Made by a program: the position numbers and the translations under genes
The notes under the pieces: model-generated
Databases searched by the model: none
Seen by the model: only the letters and a program-made list of their open reading frames with translations
Told to the model about the DNA's origin: nothing
Shown here: piece by piece, positions 1 to 9,979 of the stretch
Layout of the letters: the number at the start of each line of letters is the position of its first letter
Numbering within the stretch: position 1 is the stretch's first letter
Assembly: GCA_018396865.1 (NCBI GenBank)
Contig: JAGTRB010000003.1
Location: 8,575 to 72,574 of the forward strand
Direction: 5' to 3'
Length of the DNA stretch: 64,000 nt
Origin: Candidatus Bathyarchaeota archaeon
GTDB taxonomy: Archaea; Thermoproteota; Bathyarchaeia; TCS64

Positions 1-13
1 ATCCCTCCCTGGG

Positions 14-1126
14 TTGTTGGCCGGTTCTCTCCTTGTCTTCATATTCAGCCTTGAGGACCTTGGAGCCCCCATAGTCTTCCACGGGCACCCCCTCACGAGG
101 AAATTGATATCCTTCCAGGTCTACTCCCGCTTCATAAGCGAGACCGGGGCGAGGTCCCCGGAGATAGCCGCCCTCTCCCTCATCCTCCTCGCCTGCGCCA
201 TCTCCGTCTTTCTCGTCATAAAGAACTATGTCTCCCTTAGGCCCTACGCCACCGTGAGCAGGGGTGGGAGGTGGAAGCCCAGGCTTAGGAGGCTAGGCCT
301 GGGGGGGATGGCGGCCGTATATCTGATGCTACCCCTACTGGTATTCTCGTCACTCCCTCAGTTTGGTGTCGCGGTTCTGGCCTTCTCCGAGAGGTGGGCT
401 GGGATGCTGCCGGAGGGTCCCACCATCTGGAATCTGGCCCAGATCTTCGTCAACCCAAAGGTCTCGAGGTATCTCATCAACAGCCTCATCTACGCCCTCA
501 TCTCCCTGGCCCTCATGGTCTCCATATCCCTAATGGCCTCCTACGCTACGAGTAGGCTTAGGTTCAGTGGGGTATCGCTTATAGATGCGTTGGTCACATC
601 TCCAATAGCCATTCCTGGAATAGCCATCGCCATAGCCTACTTCTACTTCTTCTCAAACCACTTTAGGGGCTCTCCCCTTGATCCCATAAACGTCCTTCAG
701 TTCAACCCCGCCCCGATACTTATATTGGGATACTCCCTGAGGAGGATGCCCTTCGCCGCGAGGGCAATATTCGCGGGCCTTCAGCAGGTCCATGTCAACC
801 TGGAGGAGGCTGCAATGAACCTTGGGGCTGGGAGGCTTAGGACGATAGCCAGGGTCACAGTCCCCCTCATCTCCCTTAACATCCTAAGCGGGGCCCTAAC
901 GAGCTTCGTCTATGTTGTTGGGGAGGTGAGCCTCAGCATAATAATTGGGGTCTTGAACATGGAGTACGCCCCAATGACGGCATACATGAGGGATGTCTGG
1001 CTCTCAGCGGTGGGCTCCCTCCAGATAGCTGCTGCCCTAGGCCTCCTCCTCATGCTCATGCAGCTCTCCGTCATCCTAATCACCACCGTTGGGCTCAAGC
1101 AGAGATATGCCTTCATGGGTGTATAG
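14..1126 (+). CDS. ABC transporter permease (5' end probably lies upstream of the window)
   Basis: Multi-pass hydrophobic ORF open from the window edge. EAA-type permease loop 'LEEAAMNLGAGRLRTIARVTVP'. Stop TAG 1124-1126 sits 1 nt before the ATG of the ABC ATPase. Confidence 0.8.
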   Translation: MLAGSLLVFIFSLEDLGAPIVFHGHPLTRKLISFQVYSRFISETGARSPEIAALSLILLACAISVFLVIKNYVSLRPYATVSRGGRWKPRLRRLGLGGMAAVYLMLPLLVFSSLPQFGVAVLAFSERWAGMLPEGPTIWNLAQIFVNPKVSRYLINSLIYALISLALMVSISLMASYATSRLRFSGVSLIDALVTSPIAIPGIAIAIAYFYFFSNHFRGSPLDPINVLQFNPAPILILGYSLRRMPFAARAIFAGLQQVHVNLEEAAMNLGAGRLRTIARVTVPLISLNILSGALTSFVYVVGEVSLSIIIGVLNMEYAPMTAYMRDVWLSAVGSLQIAAALGLLLMLMQLSVILITTVGLKQRYAFMGV

Positions 1127-1127
1127 C

Positions 1128-2195
1128 ATGGTCGAGGTTAGGCTTGAGGGTGTGACGAAGAGGTTTGGAAGGGTCGTGGCGGTGGATGACGTTACCCTAT
1201 CCGTTAGGGATGGAGAGCTTTTCACCCTCCTCGGGCCAAGCGGGTGCGGGAAGACCACAGTCCTGAGGATCATAGCGGGCCTAGAACTCCCGGACTCTGG
1301 GAGGGTCTACTTCGGGGATAGGGATGTGACATCCATGAAGGCCTATGAGAGGAGGGCGGTAATGGTCTTCCAGAACTACGCCCTCTGGCCCCACATGAAG
1401 ATCTATGACAACGTCGCCTTCGGCCTCAGGCTCATGGGACTGGGGAGGGATGAGATATCTAAGAGGGTAAGAAGTGCATTGGAGATGGTGAGGCTGGGGG
1501 GCCTCGGGGATAGGTATCCTAATCAGCTCAGCGGGGGGGAGCAGCAGAGGGTGGCCCTAGCCAGGGCATTAGTCGTGGAGCCTGAGGTCCTCCTACTAGA
1601 CGAGCCTCTCAGCAACCTTGACGCCAAGCTGAGGGTCGAGATGAGGGAGGAGCTGAGGAGGCTTCAGAAGGAGCTCAAGATCACCTCGATCTATGTGACC
1701 CATGACCAAGAGGAGGCTCTAAGCATATCCGACAGGGTTGCAGTCATGAATAAGGGGAGGATCCATCAGGTTGGAACCCCCCTCGAGGTCTATGAGAAGC
1801 CGGTCGACCCCTTCGTCGCCTCCTTCTTAGGGAGGGCCTCAACCATATACGGAGTCCTAGCCGGGGTTGAGGGAGGCCTAGCCCTAGTCGACTCTGGAGG
1901 CATGAGGTTCAGGGGGAGGCTTCTGGGGGGGGCTCCAGAGGGCTCAAGGGTTGTTGCCATATTCAGGCCTGAGGACTTCACATTCGGCTTAGGGGTTGAA
2001 GGGCTCAACGTGTTTGAAGGGGTTGTCGACACCGTGATGTTCCTAGGGGCCCACTTCCACATAAGGGTTCAAGTGGATGGCATGGAGCTCCTCGCCAGGG
2101 TTGAGCCCAGATTGGTGCCAGAAAAGGGGTCCAGGATCAAGCTTGTTATAGATCCTGATCAGGTGAAGGTCCTGCCCGCCCCCGATAAATCTTAA
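1128..2195 (+). CDS. ABC transporter ATP-binding protein (PotA/MalK/FbpC-like)
   Basis: Walker A 'GPSGCGKTT', ABC signature 'LSGGEQQRVALARAL', Walker B 'LLLDEPLS', H-loop 'YVTHDQ'. ATG 1128 preferred over the track start 1089 because it abuts the permease stop. Confidence 0.92.
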   Translation: MVEVRLEGVTKRFGRVVAVDDVTLSVRDGELFTLLGPSGCGKTTVLRIIAGLELPDSGRVYFGDRDVTSMKAYERRAVMVFQNYALWPHMKIYDNVAFGLRLMGLGRDEISKRVRSALEMVRLGGLGDRYPNQLSGGEQQRVALARALVVEPEVLLLDEPLSNLDAKLRVEMREELRRLQKELKITSIYVTHDQEEALSISDRVAVMNKGRIHQVGTPLEVYEKPVDPFVASFLGRASTIYGVLAGVEGGLALVDSGGMRFRGRLLGGAPEGSRVVAIFRPEDFTFGLGVEGLNVFEGVVDTVMFLGAHFHIRVQVDGMELLARVEPRLVPEKGSRIKLVIDPDQVKVLPAPDKS

Positions 2196-2221
2196 ATTAG
2201 AACTCCGAGAATGGGTCACAT

Positions 2222-4426
2222 GTGAGAGGCATTAAAACCCTCGCGATAATAATCCTCATCACACTCACCTCCCTCCCCATCCACCCTTTAAAGGGTGAGG
2301 AGCAGCTTCCGAGGTTTCTCCAGCCAAGGCTTGGAAACCCCTATCCAGCCCAGCCGGGGATGAGCCTCAATATAACCCTAAAAGCCCCCTCTGAGGCCTC
2401 GGAGTGGATGGTAGAGGCCTACTCCATCGTTGAGGAAGGTGGAGGTCTAACCCTAATGAACTACAGCCTACCCGTGGATGGGGCCTGGCTGGATGGGTGG
2501 AGTTGGAAGATCCAAGTGAGGATACCTGATGGGATGAGGCCAGCCCTATACTGGGTCAGGGCCATATACAAGCTAGCCGGAGGGCTAAACTCCATAGAGG
2601 AGCCGGAATCCCTTTGGATCCTTGATAGGTGGCCCAAGGAACTCACAATCCTCCAGTTGACAGATACCCACATAGGATACCAAGCCGAATCCTCTATGAG
2701 AACCCTCACCGGCCTTCTCATGGCCAAGCTCCTGAACGCCTCCATCATCCTCGTCACCGGAGATGTGACAGATACTGCGACAGACTCCCAGGCCCAGGAG
2801 TTCAGATCCCTCCTCCTCAACTATTCCCTCGGCACTCCCAAGTTCATAATACCTGGAAATCACGACCGAAAGACGGAGGCCTACGAGAAATATATAGGGG
2901 ATAGAAACTATGCCGTGGACATCGGCAGCTTCTCCATAATCGGACTAGACACAGGAGATGAGGGCTACATAGGCCCCGAGCTGATAGAATGGGCGAATAG
3001 GACCCTAAGATCTTTATGGGGGAGGACGAAGATCGTTATATTCCACCACCCCCTCTTCGACGGATCCATATATGGAACTCTGAACTTCAACGGGACGCTG
3101 AGCAGAACCTGGCTATACTCAAGCTGGAGGGGGGTTTATGAATACGCCTCGAGGCTTCTGGAGGTCCTCATGGAGAACAATGTCACTATCGTCCTTTCAG
3201 GCCATATCCACACCGACAGGATTCTCCAATTCAAGTACCTGAACAGAAGCATATACTTCGTCACCACCTCCACTACTGGGGCTGGGAGGCCCGAGTATAA
3301 CGGGGTTAGGCTCCTAAGGGTCGGGGAAGATGGCTCCGTTGAGATAAGAACCCCTCCCTGGAGGGGCCTCGAGGGGTACCCAAACTCCATCCCCGTGGAG
3401 CCTGTGGCCTCCATAACCTCGGCCGGCGAGGTGAGGCTTACAGGTGAGAAACCCCTATTCAGCTCGGTCTCCTCAATAGATGGTTCTTCCCTCAGCCTAT
3501 CCCTAAACTTGCCATTCGACTGGTTGAAGCTTGCCGGTAGAGTAATACTCCCAGTGAGTTGGAAGGCCCCTAAGGATGCCTACACCCTTTACCTATCGAG
3601 GGTTGAAAACGAAAGTTCGGCACGCCTTTTAGACGCCATGTCCGTGTCGGGCTTGAACTACTTCTTGGTTGATCTGAATCTTCTGGGGCCTTCAGGCCTG
3701 GTCTTCACGCTCTCAAGCTTTAAGGATATTCACCCCCCCTCAGCCTCCATAGCCTATACCGTCCCCTCCACTCCCTCAGCAGACTCCCCGATAACCGTCT
3801 ACCTCCAATCCAGGGATGAGGGGTGGGGGATCCTCTCAGTCATCCTCAGGGAAGAGCTCAGGTTAGGTGATAAGGTGGAAAAGAAGGATTACCCCGCAAA
3901 TAAGGAGAGAGGGGACCTATACTCCGTAAGGTTGCCAGGGTATCCACCCGGCTCCAATGTAACCCTGACCTGCATAGCCCTAGATGCAGCCCTGCTGGAG
4001 GGGAGAAGCTCACCCCTCACCATATCCCTCCCCCCTCCACCGGCACCCTCCTTCACCTTAAAGGCGCTTAACATCTCAAAAGAGGCTGTAGAGCCCAACG
4101 AGGAGATAATCATCAAGGTCACCCTAGCCAATGTCGGTAATGCTCAGGGCTCCCACAAGGTCTCCCTGAGGGTTAATGGGACGGAGCTGCAAACCCGAGA
4201 TGTTGAATTACCCCCCGGCATGGAGATGCCTATCGAGTTCAAGCTTAGGCTTGAGAAGGTAGGAACCTACATCATAGATGTGGATGGCCTAACCAGATCC
4301 TTAAAGGTCTCACAGCCCCCCTCAGAGCAGCCCATCGGATTAACCGTTCAGTACATAGTTATAACGGTAGTTCTAGCCTCTATCATCGCCGCCCTAGTCT
4401 TGTATATGGGAAGGAGAAAAAGATAG
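2222..4426 (+). CDS. Secreted/membrane-anchored calcineurin-like metallophosphoesterase with C-terminal Ig-like region and TM anchor
   Basis: Signal-like N-terminus. Motifs 'LQLTDTHIG', 'TGDVTD', 'IPGNHD', 'IFHHP', 'SGHIHTD'. Many N-x-S/T sequons. C-terminal TM 'VITVVLASIIAALVLYM' followed by RRKR. Confidence 0.75.
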   Translation: MRGIKTLAIIILITLTSLPIHPLKGEEQLPRFLQPRLGNPYPAQPGMSLNITLKAPSEASEWMVEAYSIVEEGGGLTLMNYSLPVDGAWLDGWSWKIQVRIPDGMRPALYWVRAIYKLAGGLNSIEEPESLWILDRWPKELTILQLTDTHIGYQAESSMRTLTGLLMAKLLNASIILVTGDVTDTATDSQAQEFRSLLLNYSLGTPKFIIPGNHDRKTEAYEKYIGDRNYAVDIGSFSIIGLDTGDEGYIGPELIEWANRTLRSLWGRTKIVIFHHPLFDGSIYGTLNFNGTLSRTWLYSSWRGVYEYASRLLEVLMENNVTIVLSGHIHTDRILQFKYLNRSIYFVTTSTTGAGRPEYNGVRLLRVGEDGSVEIRTPPWRGLEGYPNSIPVEPVASITSAGEVRLTGEKPLFSSVSSIDGSSLSLSLNLPFDWLKLAGRVILPVSWKAPKDAYTLYLSRVENESSARLLDAMSVSGLNYFLVDLNLLGPSGLVFTLSSFKDIHPPSASIAYTVPSTPSADSPITVYLQSRDEGWGILSVILREELRLGDKVEKKDYPANKERGDLYSVRLPGYPPGSNVTLTCIALDAALLEGRSSPLTISLPPPPAPSFTLKALNISKEAVEPNEEIIIKVTLANVGNAQGSHKVSLRVNGTELQTRDVELPPGMEMPIEFKLRLEKVGTYIIDVDGLTRSLKVSQPPSEQPIGLTVQYIVITVVLASIIAALVLYMGRRKR

Positions 4427-4503
4427 GATATTTTCGATCTCCGGGTTTTGAGTAGACCATAAAGCTTTGACATTATCGTTAAATGGTTTCTTTATGTAAC
4501 CCC

Positions 4504-4767
4504 CTATACATCCCCGTTCTCCCTAATTTTGATATCCTCGTAGGGAGCCACAACCCTCCTGTAGAACTCCTGCTTGACGCACTCCAGAACTCCCATAGCC
4601 CTGTTCAGGTGGAAGTACCTGAGAGGGTAGACCTCCTTCAATATCTTCGTGACAACGTAGTTCAGTTCTCCGTCGACCTCCTCAACTGGAAGAGCCTTCA
4701 GGATACCTATGAGTTCCTCTAGAACCTTTTCATATTTTGGCCTCCTATCCCTGCTTATATAAGGCAT
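4504..4767 (-). CDS. Small hypothetical protein (87 aa)
   Basis: Clean ORF with host-like codon usage, 55 nt downstream of and co-oriented with the 376-aa P-loop ORF. No motif I can name. The antisense ORF 4483..4722 is rejected. Confidence 0.5.
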   Translation of the reverse strand: MPYISRDRRPKYEKVLEELIGILKALPVEEVDGELNYVVTKILKEVYPLRYFHLNRAMGVLECVKQEFYRRVVAPYEDIKIRENGDV

Positions 4768-4822
4768 GATGTTTCCTCCCCTGGTAGGTTCTAGTAATCC
4801 CGATATTTAACGGGTTTTCGGG

Positions 4823-5953
4823 CTAGATCCACCTCGCTCCTTCCCGAGTAGGCTGGAAGGTCCCCCTAAGGAACTCGATAAGGTCCTTCTTCTCCTGGAA
4901 TATCTTCGTAGAGTACCACTCGAAGAAGGGGCTGGGCTCGTATGGGTAGTAGGCGTATACGAACTTCGCTAGGCTTCTAGCCTCGACCATCTCGCACATC
5001 ACCCCGGCTGAGAGCTGCTCTCTAGGGTGGTAGGCTACGACCGCGTAGCAGCTCTCGATGATCTTGTAGTCTATGTCTATTATCTGGGCCCTGATGTTCT
5101 TTATAGCCGCCTCCACCTCCCAGGAGTCGAGTTCATACTCCTTCAGCCCTTCAGCGTAACCGATGGAAACCCTTATTCTATTAGGTATGTTCATCCCCTT
5201 CTCTCTCGCCTCGTTCCTAACCCGCCTCCAGGCATCCACGATGCTCCAATCCTTTATCATGGAGGGGATGAAGACTGTGCAGTATGGCTGGATCTCGGAG
5301 GCGAACGCCTTGACCTCCTCTAGAAACTGGCTGGATTCTCCGGTTATTGGGTGGCTGAGGTAGACCTTCTTCTTATCCCCGTCGAATATGAGTTCTTTCA
5401 GGAGCCCTATGCCATGCTCTCGCGCCACTATGTAGAACTCCCTATGGGGGGTGAAGCTCTTTGAGAGGGTGTACACCCCCTTAATCTCCTCCCTCCTCCA
5501 CTGGGCCAGCTCTCCAATCGTGAACTGATGCTCCATCCACTGGGGGTCTCTCCTGAGCCTCTCCCTCACCCTGATGAGGTCGTCTATCACGACGATGAAT
5601 ATGTCTGGGTTGAGGCTCTTGACCTCCTCCTCCTTCAACCCCTCATACGACATCCCCCTCCACTCGAAGTGGTATGGGGTGCTTATTATGTGAACACCGC
5701 CACTCCCCTTAGTCTCCTCTATGATCCTCTTTATGGCCGCTTCCCTGAAGGCCTCAAGCTTATCAGGCTTGCTGTCATAGAAGTCCAACACATTCAGCTT
5801 ACTAAGATAGTAGCCTTCACTCCTAGCCTCCTCAACGATGTAGTCGAAGAGATGATAATAAGAGAACTCCTGCCTCCTCCTCAACTCCTCAAGATAATCA
5901 TCCCTACCGCTACCAGGCTGACCACAACAGATTACCACAATCCTCTCCGACAT
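4823..5953 (-). CDS. P-loop kinase-like N-domain fused to a Rossmann (nucleoside deoxyribosyltransferase-like?) C-domain
   Basis: Walker-A-like 'VVICCGQPGSGRDDY' at the N-terminus. Second half 'KKVYLSHPITGES' ... 'AVVAYHPREQLSAGVMCEMVEARSLAKFVY'. The long antisense ORFs here are low-complexity. Confidence 0.6.
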   Translation of the reverse strand: MSERIVVICCGQPGSGRDDYLEELRRRQEFSYYHLFDYIVEEARSEGYYLSKLNVLDFYDSKPDKLEAFREAAIKRIIEETKGSGGVHIISTPYHFEWRGMSYEGLKEEEVKSLNPDIFIVVIDDLIRVRERLRRDPQWMEHQFTIGELAQWRREEIKGVYTLSKSFTPHREFYIVAREHGIGLLKELIFDGDKKKVYLSHPITGESSQFLEEVKAFASEIQPYCTVFIPSMIKDWSIVDAWRRVRNEAREKGMNIPNRIRVSIGYAEGLKEYELDSWEVEAAIKNIRAQIIDIDYKIIESCYAVVAYHPREQLSAGVMCEMVEARSLAKFVYAYYPYEPSPFFEWYSTKIFQEKKDLIEFLRGTFQPTREGARWI

Positions 5954-6235
5954 CTACCACTATGCATAGCTATAAGCATACTAGCTGATAAGTTTGACTC
6001 AGAGGTCTCTCAGTAATCAAGATCCATCTAGTGAAAGATAATATGATGTTTCAAACTTCAACTGAAGAATTTCTCCCAGACTAATCGATGATAAAAAGGA
6101 AAGGTTTTAGAATGTATCCCGAATACCAGCGTCTCCCTTTTAGCAAGCAGGTTTCATGCGTGATGTCTTGAAGGAAATATCTCTAATTATAAATCTCTGC
6201 AGAGATGATCTCAGGGAGCGTCCTTGCGCGTTGCC

Positions 6236-7249
6236 ATGTACTACAGGAATGACGATATAAGGATAGTGGAAATGCCCACCCCTAAGATCGGGGAGGGTGA
6301 ACTGCTGCTCAAGGTAATGGCGAGTGGGATCTGCGGAAGCGATGTGATGGAGTGGTATAGAGTGAAGAAGGCCCCGAGGGTTCTGGGACACGAGGTGGCC
6401 GGGCTGGTCACAGAGGTAGGCGAGGGGGTCGCGAATTTCAGGGTTGGCGACAGGGTTGTGGTCTCTCATCACGTCCCCTGCAACACCTGCCGCCACTGTT
6501 TAAGGGGGGAGCACACGGCCTGCGAAACCCTCCACACGACCAACATAGACCCAGGAGGATTCGCCGAGTATGCTAGGGTTCCAAGGATAAACGTGGATAG
6601 AGGCGTCTTCAGACTTCCTGATGAGGTGAGCTTCGAGGAGGGGGTCTTCGTAGAGCCCCTAGCATGCGTCCTGAGGTCTCAGAGGAGGCTGGCGATCCGA
6701 CCTGGCGACACCGTTCTGATCCTTGGAAGCGGGGTCTCAGGCATCCTCCACATACAGCTCTCCAAGATATTTGGAGCTGGGAGGATACTAGCTACGGATA
6801 TAAACGAGTATCGACTAAGAGCGGCTGAAAAGTTCGGTGCCGACATCGCTCTAGACGGCAGAGGGGATATCACAGAACTACTCAAGGATCTTAATGATGG
6901 GAGGGGAGCTGACCATGTAATAGTCTGCACTAACGCCCTCCCAGCCATAAGGCAAGCATTCAAATGCGTCGATGATACAGGAAAGATCCTATTCTTCGCA
7001 CCCACACCGCCAGGCGTCGAGGTCCCTCTAGACCTCAACGACCTCTGGAGCAGGCAGATCACTCTAACGACCAGCTATGCCGCCGCTCCATCAGACCTAG
7101 CCTCAGCCCTTAAACTCATACGAGCAGGTCGAGTAAAGGTCAAGGATATGATAACCCATAGGCTAGGTTTAAAGGATACGGGTCTAGGGTTCAGGATCGT
7201 TGCAGAGGCCGGGGAATCCTTAAAGGTCATCGTAGAACCACATCGATAA
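6236..7249 (+). CDS. Zinc-dependent medium-chain alcohol/polyol dehydrogenase
   Basis: 'SGICGSDV', 'LGHEVAG', structural-zinc Cys cluster 'CNTCRHCLRGEHTAC', Rossmann 'ILGSGVSG'. ATG 6236 is 4 codons inside the track start 6224. Confidence 0.87.
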   Translation: MYYRNDDIRIVEMPTPKIGEGELLLKVMASGICGSDVMEWYRVKKAPRVLGHEVAGLVTEVGEGVANFRVGDRVVVSHHVPCNTCRHCLRGEHTACETLHTTNIDPGGFAEYARVPRINVDRGVFRLPDEVSFEEGVFVEPLACVLRSQRRLAIRPGDTVLILGSGVSGILHIQLSKIFGAGRILATDINEYRLRAAEKFGADIALDGRGDITELLKDLNDGRGADHVIVCTNALPAIRQAFKCVDDTGKILFFAPTPPGVEVPLDLNDLWSRQITLTTSYAAAPSDLASALKLIRAGRVKVKDMITHRLGLKDTGLGFRIVAEAGESLKVIVEPHR

Positions 7250-7440
7250 GCTTACGGGAAAACTCTCCTAATTCCAAAATAGTTGACAATGGATGTTATA
7301 ATGGAGAGAATTATTGTAATTTTCAAAAAGGATTTTAAAGGAGACTTTCAATCAATATTTTTAATTTTAGACAGTAGCCTTTCAACAAATGATCTTTATA
7401 ACATATAGAGTTGTAAGTCCATAGAGATTCAGAAGATTTT

Positions 7441-8127
7441 TCAGCAATTCTCATAGATCTCTTCGAGGCCAAGCCTCTCGGAGCGATATAGCGGATGGGC
7501 TATGCAGAAGTCGACTCCTCTGAGAAGTGCCTTCCAGTTCATAGATGGTGGTTCAGCTCCCTCGACCAGGGGCATCCACATCAAATGGGTCTTGAAGCAT
7601 GCCTCCGGATGTTTAACCCTATGCCTCATCCTCCTAGAGTCTATCGATTTGAATCCTAGGTATTCCATATGTCTCAGTTTGAACCAGGGGCTTGGATGTC
7701 CCTCTAGGGCAATCGTCGCGATGACCCTCGCATCTCCCACGGACTCCAAGACCCTCCTCATCAGAACCCTGCCGAAACCTCGACCCCCAGCTCTCCTCAG
7801 AACCCATATACAGTTTAATACCCATACATCTGAGCCGGATATTGGATATGCAGAGGCCTCCGCTGGGCTATACTCTACTTGGCCGACTGCCTCCCCATCT
7901 ACAAAAAGAACATACTTCTTAAGACCTTTAGGGATCGCCTCAGCTAGATACTCCCCCCTCTTCCTATAATGTCTAAATGGCATCGGGGATAAGCACCTGT
8001 AAAGGAGCCTCTCCCAGCCTGGATTTCTGATGACATCGACAATCTCGAGAACCGAATTCAAGATGGACAAGATCCCCGGTTCTAGTATAATAATAGTGAC
8101 GTTATAACATCTAAGCTTCTCTAACAA
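7441..8127 (-). CDS. GNAT-family N-acetyltransferase (start uncertain; ATG at 7983 possible)
   Basis: Acetyl-CoA motif A 'VLRRAGGRGFGRVLMRRVLE'. Track start is TTG at 8127. An internal 'MPFRHY' start gives a ~180-aa typical GNAT. Confidence 0.65.
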   Translation of the reverse strand: MLEKLRCYNVTIIILEPGILSILNSVLEIVDVIRNPGWERLLYRCLSPMPFRHYRKRGEYLAEAIPKGLKKYVLFVDGEAVGQVEYSPAEASAYPISGSDVWVLNCIWVLRRAGGRGFGRVLMRRVLESVGDARVIATIALEGHPSPWFKLRHMEYLGFKSIDSRRMRHRVKHPEACFKTHLMWMPLVEGAEPPSMNWKALLRGVDFCIAHPLYRSERLGLEEIYENC

Positions 8128-8163
8128 AAGTAGTAAGGTTAAGGTAAACTTTTGTCTTATCCT

Positions 8164-9006
8164 TTATTCTGCCTCAGCGGTTGCTGCTATGGTGATGGCG
8201 GCCCGTAGACCCCTTAGAGCCGTGGGATAATCGTTGAAGACGGCTTTCAGCGTTCTTCCATCTACCCTCTCGATGTAGGGGAGCACAGCTGCGGCGTCGG
8301 CCATCGACGGTGTGACGACCCTTAGCCTGAACTCAGTGGGTTCGGCAATCCTATAGGGTTTGATCTCTTTAGAGCTAGCTAATGCCTCGGCCACTGTCTT
8401 CTCGATGAGGGCCCTCGCCTTCTCAGGATGGAGGCACCTTGCAGAATATCTGCCTACACCCCACTTGACGATGGCTGTCTTGATCCCGGGAACCAAGCTC
8501 CTAGCCTCGGCGGCTACTGCTGAGTCTCCTGAGATGAATACAGATGGGACTCCGTACCAGCCTGCGAGGGCGGAGTTCAGGCCGAACTCCCCTGTCTCGA
8601 GGCCATTGATATATATGGCGTCAACAGTCCTACTCGAGATCGTATGGCATAGTATGCCATTTCTGGTGCCGTTCATAGCGTGGTATCCCACGTACAGGGC
8701 GGCGTCAAAGCTCCCATCGATCCCCTCCATCATAGATAGGGGCTTTGGCGAGCCCCTCACCAGCTGGGCTGCCTCGTGGACCTCCTCTGGCTGGAGGTTT
8801 CTCATCCTCCCATGGGCGTCGGAGACCACAACCTCATCAGCGCCAGCCTTGAGGGCCCCCTCAACCGCCGCGTTCAGGTCTCCCACCATGAGTTTTCTTC
8901 CCACCCCATACTCCTGGGGGTCACGGCCCACCTGGGACCAGTCGACTATCCCGCTGACCCCCTCCATATCTATGGAAATGAAAACCCTCTTGGGCTTCTC
9001 AACCAT
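8164..9006 (-). CDS. dppA: D-aminopeptidase DppA-like (peptidase M55)
   Basis: N-terminal 'RVFISIDMEGVSGIV', 'VVVSDAHG', 'YVGYHA' characteristic of M55. The antisense 228-aa ORF is S/P/T-rich and rejected. Confidence 0.85.
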   Translation of the reverse strand: MVEKPKRVFISIDMEGVSGIVDWSQVGRDPQEYGVGRKLMVGDLNAAVEGALKAGADEVVVSDAHGRMRNLQPEEVHEAAQLVRGSPKPLSMMEGIDGSFDAALYVGYHAMNGTRNGILCHTISSRTVDAIYINGLETGEFGLNSALAGWYGVPSVFISGDSAVAAEARSLVPGIKTAIVKWGVGRYSARCLHPEKARALIEKTVAEALASSKEIKPYRIAEPTEFRLRVVTPSMADAAAVLPYIERVDGRTLKAVFNDYPTALRGLRAAITIAATAEAE

Positions 9007-9205
9007 TTTCTCATCCTCACATAACCATATCTACTTTAAGATTTAAAATGGATCATTCTCGGAATCATAAGCCCTTTAATTGGATCTCGATTAATATATC
9101 CTTCGAATTGTCTGGAGGACTTGATGTTCTGCAACATTTTAAAGTATCTCTGATTTTCTTTTGGATGTGAGCCTCCGTCCCATCTTTCCATCTACTGGTG
9201 GGTTG

Positions 9206-9979
9206 ATGAGGGTAGCCTGCTTCATGTCAGGCTCTGGCACCAATGTTAGGAGGATAATCGAGGCCTCGCTGAGGGAGGGTTCAAGGTATAAGGTGGTTCT
9301 CATATTCACCGATGTGAAGGATGATAGGTTTGACGTGGAGGGGAATAGGATCTGCAGGGCCAGAGAGATCTCCAATGAGTTCGGGATCCCCTACGAGTGC
9401 ATAGACATCCTAGACTTCTACAGGAGCAGGGGATACGATTCCAAGAGGGTCCTGGCCATCCGCCCAGAGTATGACAAGGCAGTCGCCGAGCTGATCGAGC
9501 CGTATAATGTCGACCTCATCGCGCTCGGCGGGTACATGAGCATATTGACAAAACCGATCCTAGAGAGGTATGAGGGGAGGATAGTCAACGTCCACCCAGC
9601 CGACCTATCGGTGACAGAGAATGGCCGCAGGAAGTATACGGGCCTCCACGCTGTTAGGGATGCAATCCTCTCCGGGGAGAGATGGATCTACTCCACAACC
9701 CACATCGTTAGGGAGAAGGTTGACTACGGGGAGATACTTGTAAGGTCAAAGCCTGTAGAGGTAAGGCTCCCGGAGGGGGTTTCCCTGGAGAGGCTTAAGG
9801 TGGACAGGGATTTGCTGGAGGGGGTTGTGAGGGAGAACCAGGAGAGGCTGAAAGAGAGGGGGGACTGGGTGATATATCCTCTGACGCTCCAGCTGATAGC
9901 TGAGGGTAGATTCGCCCTCGATGGGAGGGGAGGAGTATATCTCGATGGTGTACCTCTACCTTATGGGCTGAGGCTCTGA
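9206..9979 (+). CDS. Formyltransferase family protein (PurN-like GAR transformylase)
   Basis: 'RVACFMSGSGTNVRRII' N-terminal loop, 'DLIALGGYMSIL', 'IVNVHPADLS' (formyltransferase NxHPS-type motif). ATG 9206 chosen inside track ORF 9161. Confidence 0.75.
   Translation: MRVACFMSGSGTNVRRIIEASLREGSRYKVVLIFTDVKDDRFDVEGNRICRAREISNEFGIPYECIDILDFYRSRGYDSKRVLAIRPEYDKAVAELIEPYNVDLIALGGYMSILTKPILERYEGRIVNVHPADLSVTENGRRKYTGLHAVRDAILSGERWIYSTTHIVREKVDYGEILVRSKPVEVRLPEGVSLERLKVDRDLLEGVVRENQERLKERGDWVIYPLTLQLIAEGRFALDGRGGVYLDGVPLPYGLRL

Noticed and set aside
6044-6092. C/D-box sRNA-like arrangement: AUGAUGU, then 12 nt, then CUGA (6062-6065), with a later CGAUGA at 6086-6091
   Set aside because: The D'-to-C' spacer is about 20 nt, which is too long. 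No terminal CUGA box D follows the second guide position, and box C is imperfect. It does not satisfy the C/D architecture.
8360-9046. 228-aa plus-strand ORF opposite the DppA-like gene. Similar long antisense ORFs occur at 33145..33747, 32488..33009, 5528..6016, 7502..7969, 36908..37423, 47282..47749 and 15289..15666
   Set aside because: Each is antisense to a CDS with clear family motifs. Their translations are low-complexity or lack motifs. They are treated as shadow ORFs.
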